Positions 25,064 to 37,689 of a stretch of 64,000 nucleotides of DNA are shown here, piece after piece. The notes beneath the pieces are model-generated. The model was not told the DNA's origin. It saw nothing but the letters and a program-made list of their open reading frames with translations, and made no database searches. This stretch comes from Lepidodermella squamata (lineage: Eukaryota; Animalia; Gastrotricha). Made by a program: the position numbers and the translations under genes. The stretch is taken from NCBI GenBank assembly GCA_047495785.1, contig JBLDXI010000061.1:87575-151574 (forward strand), written 5' to 3'. How positions within the stretch are numbered: position 1 is the first letter of the stretch; the number at the start of each line of letters is the position of its first letter.

Positions 25064-28000
25064 CCCTCCAGCGCCCACGGCGAGTATACACGCGTTTTTC
25101 ACTTTTAATACCCGACAAATTCAGATTTTATCAATCAGCCTTTTCTTTTCACCTGATAATTTATTTCACTATGATTGCGATGCAAAATATCGACCTCAAA
25201 AAATTTTTGCTGAAACACCTGTGCCCTCTGTCGACGCAAAGTTGGCAAGTGCCTAATCGCTGGTTTACACGCTTATGGTGCGTCTTAACACGCAAAGTTG
25301 GCGTCTTAACACGCCACAATGGTCAGACAGCTAGTGCGTGTTCACACGCGAACAATGTTGCGTCACAACACGCCAAAGACATTAATTAGGGAAAAAATAG
25401 CAATAAAAAGGCGCATTTACCATGGGTAAAAAAACAGTTTTATCGCGCATTTTTTAATCGTTTTTCTCGCTGCTGTTCTTGCTAACAACATTTTCAATGG
25501 CTGATGCTGCTGATGCTGCTGTTGCCGCTGCCGCTGCTGCTGCTGTTGAAGTCGTCTTCGACGACAACCTTGGCGATACCGACTCCGATCTATCAAGCGA
25601 TGACGATGACGATTTGCCTCTGGCAACGCTGAAGCCGGATATCAAGGGCGCCTGGGGAAAGCTGAATGAAGTACCCAAGAACTACACGCAACCTCAAGTT
25701 TTCAACCGCCCTCAAGGTCCAACCTATAAAATTCGGGCTGCATATCGTTCGGCTACAACGACCGCCGATGACGATGAACCCTGTCGGAAACGGATAGCCC
25801 AACTTAGGCTATTTTTGGAGCGAAAATTTTTGGGCCCAAATACACTCCAGTTTTCGTCCAACTATTTTAGCCTATGGTGAGCCTAAAAAATTCAGAATTT
25901 TTTTGGCTATTTAACCGCCAATTTAGCCTATTTTAGGCTTTTGATAAAGAATTATGAAAATATATATTACATTAGCGCCAAAGTTAGGCCATTCTGGAGG
26001 TTCGCAACTGCCATGTTAGGCTAAGTTAGAGTTTCAGCTTTTCCGTTGGAAAATGTGCAAAATTAACGTCTAATTTAGCCTAAACTGGAAGTTAATTTTT
26101 CATTTAATTAGGCTATTAAAAGCTCTTTCCTTCCGGTTCCTTTCCTCTCCTTTCCTTCCCGCTCTCTGCTTTTCTTCGCCACTTTAGACCCGAAATGAGA
26201 CATTAAATCCACAATTAATCATTTTTATTTCACCAATCAAATGATAATTTAATTTGTTTCACAAGTTATAATTTATGAAGACAAATAACAACAGTCATTA
26301 GTTAGGCATCGAAGCCTGTTGTTCTTGCTCCGGCTGGCCGCTGATTGCTGTGACGGTGAAACATTGTTTTAGAACTGAAGCCTTGAGCTGCTTGATAACC
26401 AAAACCGCATCGCTCCATTGCTAGAAACCAATCCAGCCATTCATCGAACCAATCTGAAAAATCCGGAATTAATTCCAGTGAATTTTCAAATATGGGGAAA
26501 ATTTATTTTACACTTTTTTAATGAATTTAAAAAAGCTGACTTTGGATGAGAAAAAATTGGAAAATATTGAAAATTTTCAAATTTCAAATTATTAAAATCC
26601 CAAAAATATTTGAATTTCCCTGAATTTTGAAATTTCTAATATTTTTTGAAATTTGAGTTAATACGCATAATTTTGATCGATATTTTTCTATAATTTATTA
26701 GCATCGACTTGCTAGATGATCATTTCGTGATAGCCCAGGGAAAACACGATATTCGCCTTGCGCTAACGTTACCGCATGTCAGCAGAATTCTGTTTAAAAA
26801 TAGAAAATTCATGCAAACTTAATTCATTGTAATGGCGACCTGATTTTCAATCGATTTAGGACGAATTCGATCGATTCTGTAAAATAAGTAAATAAATAAA
26901 TAAAAAGAGTGGATCAAATAGCTATACCAATCGGAATTAGCTGCACTTAGCTTATGCCAAGTGAAACATTGCATGAGAAAATGGTCAGCAAGTTAGACTC
27001 TAATCTTCATAAAAATAAAAGTAAGAAAAATAACTTGCTTTTGTGAAGCAAAAAACTGAAAATGAGAGAAAATAATTCTTGCTTTTCGACGTCGTTACTG
27101 TTTACATCACAATGAAAGCCCTCTGCGTAACATTCGCGCTTAATAACGCAACAAGGAAATTTGACCTCGAAAACTGGGTCGTTAATTTAAAAGCAATTTT
27201 TGGTTGATTTTTTGTTTCAAGGAGCTATACGAGCCAACAGCCAACGGCTATATGGGATATCGGCTATCGGCTACGCCGCTCAATTATTTTACTAATTTCA
27301 TATTATACTTCATCCAAAATTGAAAACTGTGGCTCTGAATTTCCAAAGAAGTTAATATTTTTCCGTTTTAATTTTCAAAGCAATTCAACCACATTTTCTA
27401 TCCATTTTTGGCCTGTGCTCTCATTTTTCGAAATTCATTGCATGCGCGACTTGAGTAATAAAATCTCAAACTAATTAAACCAAAAAACCAGCCACAAATT
27501 GTGTATTTCGGGAAAATTTAAAATTCGAGTAGATTTCGGTAATTCCCTCAATGCCTGAGGTTTGGAATTTTTTTGGTATTTGTTCTCTACCAAAATGCTT
27601 TATTAAAAATTCACCACAGTATTCAACAATTTATTTGAATTTATTCAATATTGTTTAAATGGGCAGTATTTTACGTCAACGCAGTATTTTTGCCAAGTTA
27701 TCCTAGACAATTACTCTGTCTCAATTACTCTATTTTTCGTCTATAATCTGTTCATCTCGGCATCTGCCCATTAATACCAACCACATAAATTATAATTCAT
27801 TCCAGATTTTCGAGCCCGGAAACAGCGCTTCATAAAAAACTATCAATTCTGTTTATTCGCTGATTTATTTCCAATTTATTGGGGATTTTGCTGAAAGCCG
27901 CGTAGAAAGCCGCAGTATTGCTGGAAGAAATTGATGAAAAAATCGAAAGAGTAAAATGACTGAAAAATCACAGAAGTCGTGAAAAATAGAGAAAATCGCG

Positions 28001-29940
28001 TGTCGTTGGCTATTCTAGGCTGCTCCAATGCCTAAGCCTATCCGAGGCCAACTTTGAATTGATCTGAAAAAGGCTAAAATCGTCAAATTGTTGAAAAAAT
28101 GAGCAAAGGCTAAATAAGGCCAAATTAGAGGTTGCGACTTCAGGTCATTTTTAGCCGAATCTCAGGAAGCCCATCGAAGCCTAAATTGGAGGTTGCTCTT
28201 TTTGGCGAGAGCCAACGCAAAAACACTTCAACATGGTAAAAGCCTATCGACGGCTAAATTAGGAGTTCGACTTAGTGGCTAAGCCCAAAAACCCTATCTG
28301 AGCCTACGGATTTTCGACAGGGAACCGGCAGGTGACGATGAACCGATCGCCGGGCCTAAACCTCGCCGAGCCATTGGTAACCAACGATTCGGAAGGTTGG
28401 TCATCTTGGAACTCATGTTTCCCGTCTTCGCGTTGATTATCGCTCAAACGAACCAATACTCGCACCAGTCTTATCAACCGGGTATGCAGCAGTTCAATCA
28501 CCTTGAAGAGCCTGAGCTGTTGCGATTCATTGCGATTCTGATTTGCATGGGACTGGTCGACTTGCCTGGCATTCGTCTGTACTGGAGGGAATCTGATGGT
28601 CTTTTTTATCAAGGTAGTTTTTTGTCTCATTTTCATGCTTTTTACTGAATTTTTGCTGTTATAGAGTACATCGCCACAATCATGCATCTCGCTGATAACA
28701 CCAAGGCTGCTAAGAAAGGCGAGGAGGACTATGACAAAATCGCCAAGGTTCGAAATTTTCTAAGCCAGCTTCGCGAGGCTTTCCAAAGCTGCTACCACCC
28801 CGATGAAAATGTAGGTATTTGGTATTTTGAGCATTTTTCATTTCAAATTTGTTCCCTCTAATTTTAGATGTCAGCCGATGAACAGATGGTCGCCTGGAAA
28901 GGCCGGTGTAACATAAAGCAGTATATGGACGCGAAGCCCACAAAGTGGGGCCTCAAGTTCTGGGCACTGGCTGCCTCAGTTTCGGGTTATGTCTATAACT
29001 TTTCGCTTTACACCGGCAAAGACAGAAGTAAGTATTATTGTGAAACTCGCGCTTGAATTTGATTTCATCTCAATTAGCTCGCGGCGACGACGCTGCCAAA
29101 GCAGGAGTTGGCGAGCGCGTCGTGTTGGATCTGGTTCGCCCGATTATTGGCTTCTTCCATAAGGTAATAATGGATAATTTCTTTTCGTCCCCTTCGCTGT
29201 TTTTGAAGCTCTTGGGACAAAATGTTCTTGCCTTGGGAACGGTGCGAACTAATCGCGTTGGGCTTGAAAAATCGGTGCCAATCAAGGCCCGGAAACCAGT
29301 CCGGGGTTCGTACCAGTTCAAGTTTCTGTCGAACAATCTTATCTACCTGAGCTGGGCAGTGAGTCAATTTTGTGTTTTCCTATTTTCGTGATTATTATTT
29401 TTACCCTAGGATAAAAGGGTGGTCAATTTCTTGTCAACCTGGCACAATGGGGCAAAAGCCGCTGAAGGCGTGAAGCGCAGAACTGCACACGGCCAGAGCA
29501 TCGACGTCGATTGCCCAACCCTGGTGAAAGCGTACCAAGGCCTCATGCGTGGCGTCGATATGGCCGATCGCCTTCGTACGACATACAGCATCTACATTCC
29601 GGGTCGGAAATGGTGGCGAGTGGTGTTTTACTGGGGTCTCGAAACTGCTCTGAACAACGCCTTCATTGTATGGCGGCAGGTGAGCGAGGACGCTGACGCC
29701 ACGGCGCTCGATTTTCGGCGCGAACTCATCGCTGAACTGCTTGCTGCCGCGCAATTGGAGCAGCCAACGGCTCCAAACACGGCCACTGGGAAACGCCGCA
29801 AGTGCGATGTCAATATCGCGTTGACGCCTACGACGGCTTGGCGAGCTGGTGGCCACTACCCGGAACACAACGGCTACCTGCCCGGAAGCACGACTTCGGT
29901 AATGCGCCGTTGCCGACTCTGCCACGCCCAGGGCAAGCTT
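25064..29940 (+). mobile_element. piggyBac-like element, intron-containing, disrupted and 3'-truncated
   Basis: TTAA|CCCT left end at 25060-25067; acidic N-terminus from ~25497; motifs DKIAKVR, SADEQMV, QYMDAKPTKWGLKFW, MDNFFSS, GTVRTNR, MRGVDMAD; four GT-AG introns; C-terminal Cys domain cut after RRCRLC; right TIR not found. Confidence 0.88.
25779..28322. mobile_element. CMC/CACTA-like non-autonomous element nested in the piggyBac ORF
   Basis: Termini ccctgtcggaaa / tttcgacaggg with 2-bp TSD AA (or 4-bp GAAC if termini are CCTG/CAGG); subterminal ttaggct/agcctaa repeats; removal restores DDDEPAGDDEP. Confidence 0.85.
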
Positions 29941-30185
29941 CATAGTTGTTTTGGCGATAAGAGCCCGGAATAACTGCTAGACTTCGAGCTTTATTAGATA
30001 GCAAAACGCCAACTCGCTTTTGTAAGATGAGTAATAATGTGTTATCACAAATGCGCATGAACTATGTGACCTTATCTCAATCCTTTAGGGGTGACCATCA
30101 ATTTTCATTGCTACTTTTTTGATGACGCACAGGCGTACAATAATTTTTTGTGTGAAATTAGGTTTAATGGTATTTTAGAATAATC

Positions 30186-31148
30186 ATGTCCGAAACACAC
30201 GAGCTGCATCCGGGGGTGGATGGCAACATCAGAGATCAAGTTCAGCAAGCTGTAACCAGGCCGAAAGCTGAAAGGGTCGAGATAACTAAGGATATTGTCA
30301 CTGCTAAACAACCGCGCCAACTGTTTGGTGATTTTATCGAATCGCAGTGGGAGTCGTTTTTAAGCTTCGCCTTAAACAAAGCCAAGTTGCTGCTGGATGG
30401 GGATCGACCGGTAAAAGTGTGGATCAATGAATCGGGATTTGTGCGAATCCACGTCGGCTCTTACCAGACGGACTAGCTCGGGCATGAATTCCAATTTACG
30501 ATTCGTATGAACTATTGGCCGAACTCTAAGGCTGATGCTGCCAGGGGTGACTACAAGGAGGAGAGTTTGCACGACCACCCTCTTCCTTTCTTGTCAAAAC
30601 TTCTTCGGGGCAAGTACATCCACAATATTTACAAACTTTCGCAGACCGGGGAGATTTGCGCCTGCTACGACGATTACACAGTGAGCAGGGATTCCCATGC
30701 GAACACAATGAAATCCGTTAAAACGAAATCAAATCAGCCGCTTACGAACTGCGGCAATAAGTGCGTGCAAGCAACCGATAAGACTCCCATTCATTTGGAC
30801 ACAGAAGTCATTCATAAAGTGGTCGATTTTAACGCTGGAACACTGTCGATTAACGTAACTTACTCCGATGCTGAGACCGACGAAAAAATCTTCCATATAT
30901 ACACAATGGACATGAGTGATCCGGTCAGCAAAGAGCGAGGAACTGTTAATAAAGAGGCGGCTAAACTGTACCTTTGCAAAATTTCCAGGGTGGTCGATTA
31001 TTTCCTTGGATTCGTTTCGAAAGACGATGAGATTTCAGCCGAAGAAATTGTGATACCTAACGGCGAAGCTCCCGAGCAATTGAATGACATGGCTGCCGAC
31101 AACGAACTCGGGGTCGGAAACGGCGAAATATTTGAAGTCCTCAAATGA
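30186..31148 (+). pseudogene. Intronless cupin-like ORF with one in-frame TAG
   Basis: ORFs 30186-30476 and 30507-31148 share a frame, separated only by TAG + 10 sense codons. Motif LHDHPLPFLSKLLRGKY resembles the HDHP-x-F-x-S-x(2)-L-x-G-x-Y cupin signature. Confidence 0.55.
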
Positions 31149-32063
31149 AGCGGTGCTGTTTCAAGAGGCGATAGTCACGTGACGCAATATCTTTATCTAC
31201 CACATGGTCGTGGAAGGTGAATGGCGAATTCAAATCAATATCCTAGCTTTATTACGGCGATTAACTACTGGTGTAGCTGGATATGGCATTTTCCATGAGT
31301 CCATCGGCAATTATGATAACAAACGCTGATATAGCAGCAAAGTATAGCAGCCGATTTTTCCAATCCTGTATATAAGTTTCCCAGTTGATTTTCGTTACAG
31401 TGGCATGCATTGATACATCATCGCAACTTTACTTTTCTTTGATTTGCCAGCTTTGCCAGTGATATCCTCGTTTTTTGGGCTTACATTTTGCTTGCAATTC
31501 TGATATTCAGGAGTGAAAATTGTTCGTAACCAAATCATGAATAGAATCAAATGAGTTATCCGGATCATAGTGGATCATAGTGGTCATAGTAAATACGCCG
31601 TAAAACAGCCCGGAATATTTTCTGCTATCCCGGGCTGTTTGAGCCAGGATATCATGCTATCCGGGCTGATTTAAACTCAGGTCATGGCTGGAAATTTTGG
31701 CAGCATTTACCCCTATTTTCGATTTCTTTGAGCACGGAAACAAAAGTCACCAAAAATACTGAGGCGCCGAAACCCCCGCGACCCCCTGAATTTTATTATT
31801 CTGTAATTACGAGAAAATTAAAAAGTTGAAGGATTCGCCGCAAAGACACGGGGACAAGCGGGCCAAGATATTTTTGCCGCTATTCCGACCTTCGGCTGCG
31901 CCTCAGGTCTCCATAGCTGGCCTTCAGGCGAATATTTTTCGCTATCCGCTACAAAGCTCCCAGATATTGTATACTACTGTTGCCATGAATGCAGGCCGAT
32001 CCAGGGTGATTTATTTATTTATTTATGAGCCATTCATCCATAGTGAGTTGGAAAGCTCAGCTG

Positions 32064-32320
32064 TATGGGGTGAAGCCTAACCGGCTTTGTGGTTCCTGAG
32101 AGCGAGATCGAGCCCAGTGGTCGTAAAGTCTGTGCTCCCCGTATCAACAATTTTCAGTATTACGTAGGATGAAATATGCTAATGAGCACTTTTCATTGTG
32201 ATTTCACTCACTGAACAATGAAAAGTGCTCATTAACATATTTCATCTTACGGAATACTGAAAATTGTTGGTACGGGTCGCCTTGTCGCTGCTATTGAAGC
32301 AATTCCAGATGAAAACTAAT
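32064..32320 (+). pseudogene. Deleted duplicate of carboxypeptidase 3' end
   Basis: tatggggtgaagcctaac (cf. ~24724) fused to cggctttgtggttcctgagagcgagatcga... (cf. ~24949-25040). Confidence 0.85.
32138..32276. mobile_element. Fold-back MITE with CCC/GGG termini
   Basis: Near-perfect ~62-bp arms cccgtatcaacaattttcagtatt... / ...aatactgaaaattgttggtacggg; 2-bp TSD TC. Confidence 0.9.
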
Positions 32321-32415
32321 AAAGTGTGCTAGCACAATTGCCAAGTTTCGAATATTCAGCATTCAGCTGATCAACATCAACAACATCTCAGCCAATTTCT
32401 TGACTGGAAGCAGGA

Positions 32416-32580
32416 ACAGGATGCGAAGTATAGGGGTGCTGGGGTATTGCGACTCCCCAACTCCGGGACTACAACCAGAGGAAGGCTGAAAAAACCAAAG
32501 GGTGCCCTTTGGTTTCTTTCGCTGGGTCCTAGAAAACAAGTAGATAAAACCTCAGCTCCTGGATCCTACTTCGCACACTC
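32416..32580. mobile_element. hAT-type MITE family A copy
   Basis: caggatgcgaagtataggggtgc...ggatcctacttcgcacact matches 5707-5853. Confidence 0.8.
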
Positions 32581-33229
32581 CCAGACGAAAATCAGTAGAC
32601 CGAGAGCTCAGTAGATCGTACGTAGATCCAAAAGGCAAAATATTCGTCTGAAATAGCTGTTTTTCTGACCTATTGTCGATCTATTAGACTGGATCTACGG
32701 GCATCGATCCTGTGTAGGTCCAAATTTTACCACTGGATCTACGTAGGGTCGAACTCATACGATCTATCCCAGTGTCAAATTTACCCATGGTCTACTTTTT
32801 TTCGACTGAGGCTGAGCAGGAAAAAGCTTCTGTAACTCAAGGGTAAATCATTGATGGAAGCAAACATTGTAATTAATCCTAAAATTATTTAATCGCGCGA
32901 CGCCCTAGCCTCCATGTACTTCACTCTTCTTCCTTCGCTTTGAATCAAACTTATTGCTTTTGTGCTTGAATAAATTACAATCACTATAAAGTAAATTATA
33001 TTATCAAATTGATGAGCTAATCAGCGACCAATGAGTAACCAAAGTTACTGATAACAGCAGATGATAACCGTACAAAAAATACCTCATAATAAATCGAGGC
33101 GTTAAGATGTAAAACTTTCACAAATTGCTGAATCAGGTAACAGAAATCCCGTTTGAATTAAATTGAACGATATTTCTTTACTTCTCACTTCAAATATCAC
33201 TTCATAAGCTTGTGTTCTCCCCAAATCAA

Positions 33230-34541
33230 TTAGCTCATCTCAGATTTCGATCTCCCAGCTGGTAATGGAATGTCGAATAGAGTTGGTCTGTACCGAATTT
33301 TGTTGTCGTAGTACGTCACAGCTGCATTGATGAATGTGACATTCGGCGTCCGAACTACGCCATGAGCTCCATGCATGTGGCCGAAAATGTGATACCGAGG
33401 CCGAACCCGATTGAGCACATGATTCAGAAGAGCAAGATCGCCCACATGGTGGCCATTCTTCCTTGTATCTCGAATGCCGAGTGGTGGAAGATGGGTGATG
33501 AGAACATCGGTATTTACAGGAATTTCGCCCCAGACACGATCCATTTCTTCACCTCGTTGTTTCACGAAAACATGCGGACCTCCTTCGATAGGACTTATCC
33601 TGAAAAAAATAGGAACATTTTAATCGGTCGAGATAGAACAGGGTCTACCTTTCTATACTACAGAATTTGGAGAAATTCGTAAAATTCTCTTACTTACTTA
33701 CCGTAATGCTGCAAATACTAACCCGGGCTTATGCAAAGTTGGAAGGCCGAAAATCGCCCAAAACTGGGCTTCTTTTCGAGGGTGGGCTTCTATTCGAGGG
33801 TGGGCTTCTATTCGAGGGTGGGGTTATACAACTAGAACTTGGGTTATAGCATGAGGCGTCTCCTCCGGCTCCACAAATAGGCTGGCGAAAGCATCGGAGA
33901 GCTCTTCGAGGAGCTCGCAATTGAGCAAAATTAAAACGAAAACGTATTTGCAGCATTACGGTATTCTCATTCTCACAACTATAACAAACCACGGGGATCC
34001 GTAAAAATTGATCCCGAACAGCGTAATAGCTTCGTCGAGTAGGTAAATCGCATTTGATAACGAGCGACGACCAAACATGCGTTGAGCGGTCCTGTTGTCA
34101 CCGAATTCCAAGCCGTTGTCATGGTTACCGGATATTACAATGATTTTTCTGAACAAATGAGCCAAAGCACCTGAGAACAAAATTTTCAGATGTTTTTAAG
34201 TTCAAGGTTAGGCTTATTATACCTAATTCTTTGTTCACTTGAGCCAGCTCCTTTTCAGTCCCGAAATTGCTCAAATCTCCACAGTGGATGAGTATATCTC
34301 CTCGAGGTATGTCAAGGTCGATCATCGAATTCATATGGGTATCACAGATCGCAACAATCCGCAGAGAATCGTTTCGTATCGGCTCAGCCTCGGACACGGT
34401 TTCATAGCTCCAAATGTTCTTCAAAGGCTCGACATCGCGTAATTGGTTGTACGCATCTTGAGCCATCAAAGAGCTCGTCCAGTCAACGCTTTGGCTTGAA
34501 ACAGCATTTAGCAATGTGAGAAGAGCAAAGAGCGAAAGCAT
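33230..34541 (-). CDS. Secreted metallophosphoesterase (MPPED/239FB-like)
   Basis: Signal peptide; DTH, HCGD, GNHD, THLPP, FGHMH motifs; exons 34541-34223, 34170-33990, 33599-33230. Confidence 0.92.
33701..33961. mobile_element. Tc1/pogo-type MITE in phosphoesterase intron
   Basis: TA|ccgtaatgctgcaaatac...gtatttgcagcattacgg|TA, with internal 18-bp tandem gggcttctattcgagggt. Confidence 0.9.
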
Positions 34542-35159
34542 GGTTAAAAATAACTAGCTTCACTTGGTGGAATCAACTGAGCGCGGCGTAATTTATAGCG
34601 CATCGGATGTTTACAACAGTATCCGGTGCGTATTTTTTAGGCGTATTTGGAAATTTTACGGGAAATTAAAAAAGCACCGAGAGATCTGGTTTAAAACGTT
34701 TCGCACTCGAGTCTTTTGTCGAAAAACAGAACTAACTTGGTTAATATTGGACGATTATAACTCGAGCTCATCGCCGGCTATAAAATTACCAGGAACCAAG
34801 TTAAGCTCTTGCGAATCGTCAATGATCGGTCTATCAAGTAAACTCATTGATTGGTAGGGTAAAGCAAGGAATTCCTTCCGTTTTTTGCTTCTTGATTTTT
34901 GAAACTCAAAAAATGAGCCTAATAGGCTAGTGAAAACCACAAATTACAAAAAGGTTTCGAATGTCAGTTAACTTTGAACTTCATGAGTCAAATGTAATTT
35001 TGTAATGATAAACTATGTGAATGGTGCGCAAATTTAAATTTAAATTTTGTCAAAAAATTTTATTTTAGATTTTAAAAGTTTCAAATTTAAAGTAATTAAA
35101 CTTAAAATTAAAATTAAAATTTGAATACAGCATGAAGAACCTGATTCACTCAAGAATAA

Positions 35160-35372
35160 AGTTGCATACCTTTTCGAAAGTTTAAGATCATCCTTTCCTG
35201 TTTGTTTCACCTTTCCCAGTCTCGCTACTTCCAACTTATCATCGCTCGTCTCTCGCCCTTCACCAGATCCATTTCTGAATTGAGCTATATAATATAGTAT
35301 TTGATAGCCAGCTAAGCAGCTGATTATAATGAGCAGTTTTCGCTTGCACGACTGTGAGACTGGGATTATCAT
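35160..35372 (-). pseudogene. Truncated tandem paralog of sulfotransferase 5' end
   Basis: SQSCKRKLLIIISCLA.YQILY matches the N-terminus of the 37251 gene, then runs into AT-rich sequence. Confidence 0.7.
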
Positions 35373-35579
35373 CGCTGTGGTTGATCACATAGTTATGTAA
35401 GCACACTAGAAAAAATGTAGCGCATCAGCCAACCTGAGATGGCTTACTAATAGGACCCAAGTTCTTGAGAATGATAGCTTTAAAAGAGACGTCTTCATTT
35501 TTTATTTTCGAAAGTTTGAGATCAACATAGCTCATAAACCTAGTGCGAAAATGAATGAAGCTATATGCTGTTCCTTCCC

Positions 35580-37251
35580 CTACCTTTTTGAGTGTTTAGG
35601 ACCAACTTTTTTCAATGATTGCAAGAGTGCATCTTGCTTCTCCTTTTCGAGTCTCGCCCGAATAATGCCACGCTGCCACTCGACCATCTCCCGATCAGTC
35701 AGCTCTTTCGCCAGCAGTTTCAACTGCGGAAGTGGGTACCCTAACGCAGCGAAATCGTCCCTGAACTTGTCGACGATCTGCTTTGAAAACGCAGCCGGCA
35801 TGCGAGATAGAAAATCTTCATAGCTGACCATCCGCCGCTTTGTTATATTCTCCTCGAGCTCTTTCAAAGATTCTGTCACGACAGTCCCAACAGGTATTTC
35901 GATATCTTCAAGAGGCAGCTTGTTGAAATTCGATTCAACCAGCAAATCACTCGATCGAGCCTTCAACTTCCAAGCCACGTAATCCAGCTCTTTCTTGATA
36001 TTCTCAGCTCTGACTATGTAGTCGTAATCAGCAGAGCATAACGAGCACAAATCCGTCTCGCTTGGGTACATTTTCGGCCGGATAATCATTAGGTAGAAGA
36101 ATCGAGTGAAATTCGCCCTCAAATCGTAGATATTAGCCGTTTTAGCATGAACTGCCGGTTCTATAGTCGATCTCCATAGGGTGAAGTATCGTTGTAGAGG
36201 TTCAGTTACAACAGCGACTTTGCGGTAGGTTTTGAGCTTCGAATAAATGTCAGATCTAGTATAGGTTACCAGAGGCCGTGATGCGAATCCTTCAACAACC
36301 GGAGGATTTTGTGGAAAATTCGAATTGGCAGTGGTTGATTTTGACTTCAAAGCAGCTAGTAGGGGCGAATTCTCGCCGTACTCTGAAAGGATTCGCTCGC
36401 GTTCATCTCGTTCTTCCTTTCGAAGACGTTTTGTTTCGACGTCTTGATTCTGCTTAATCGCAAAATACTGAAGAGGCTCGTTGAATTGGGCTGAATACAC
36501 ACCAGGAACGCTGGAAAACAAACGAAAGAGAAGCATTAAAAATAGCCAATCCAATTCGCAGTTCCCCCATACCAAGGGCAAAGGTGGAAAACCCCAAAAC
36601 ACCACAGGGGGGAATCTTTGGTCATAATATTTTGGCCCAAAAATACCCCCTTGTTCGGATCCTACATAGCGCCCTTACTCTGAGGCTTTTACTTAAATTC
36701 CAAAAATAAAGAGAAAAATGGTCCAGCGTGTAGGGCTTTATAATTTACCTGCATAAGAGCAAGTTGTTCGTATCATCACTGTAGGCCATCGAAACAAGAT
36801 TCTTCATGAAAGCTGAATCAAAAATCTTCGGCAGGAGTTTCAGATAACCAGCTCTTGAATTTGCATTCGAAGTACTACAATGCTTCTCCAGCGCCGTTTT
36901 ACGCGCCGCTAGTTCCTTTTCAATCTTCGCCGCCTCATCTGGATGGCCGTCGAAGTAGCTTGGAGGTAGTGTGGTCAGATTTTGCGGCCGCTGATTCGCC
37001 TTTTGAGACTTGTATTCGGCTTGTAATTTCAGAAATTTCCTAACAGCACCAGCGTAAGAATTTTCGTCCACTTCCGACTTGTCATCGCTCGGCTCGATTT
37101 GTTTAGTTTTCACGACCTTTATCGATTCTTCATGAGTTTCGCGAGATTCATGTCTTAATTGAGCTAGGGTGTATAAGATTTGAAAGCAGGCTAAGCAACT
37201 GATTAGAATGAGCAGTTTTCGCTTGCAAGACTGTGAGAATGTAGTTTTCAT
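35580..37251 (-). CDS. Type II membrane carbohydrate sulfotransferase-like protein (Sulfotransfer_2, degenerate)
   Basis: N-terminal TM; LLLC|SVPGVYS across intron 36748-36511; KVAVVTEPLQRY, LCSLCSADYDYIVRAENI and FRDDFAALGY resemble CHST8-14 family motifs. Confidence 0.7.
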
Positions 37252-37689
37252 TGTCGCGGCTGATCTCGTATAGTTAGGTAAGCACAATGCAAGGGGGCGT
37301 CTTACGCGTGTTATCTGCTAATTAATAATTTACGTACTACGCCATGAAGAACCTTTGTATTTACGCTTCATAGACAATATACAAAAAAAATCGAATTTTA
37401 GGCAAGAAGCACCAGATGTCAATAGGGCAGGACTTTACTGTAAAGAAAGGCTCAAAAATCAGCCCAATAAATAACCCGAAATTTATAGAAATTCAAAAGA
37501 AAAATAAAGAATAATTAGCTAATTAAATAACTAATATGTTCGTGATGAGCTTGCTTCCTCATCTCGAAGCCAAGTTGGGTACTCAAAGTTAAGTACTTGT
37601 TTACATTCAAGTAGCTGCTTCTCAAGTACTAACACTAAAAGACGCATTAATAGACTTTATTCATTACTCCTTAATAATTATTCATAAAA

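Noticed and set aside
29434-29943. 169-aa minus-strand ORF
   Set aside because: Antisense to the GC-rich piggyBac transposase exon
33760-33830. 18-bp repeats as a CRISPR-like array
   Set aside because: Head-to-tail without spacers, inside a TA-flanked MITE in eukaryotic DNA
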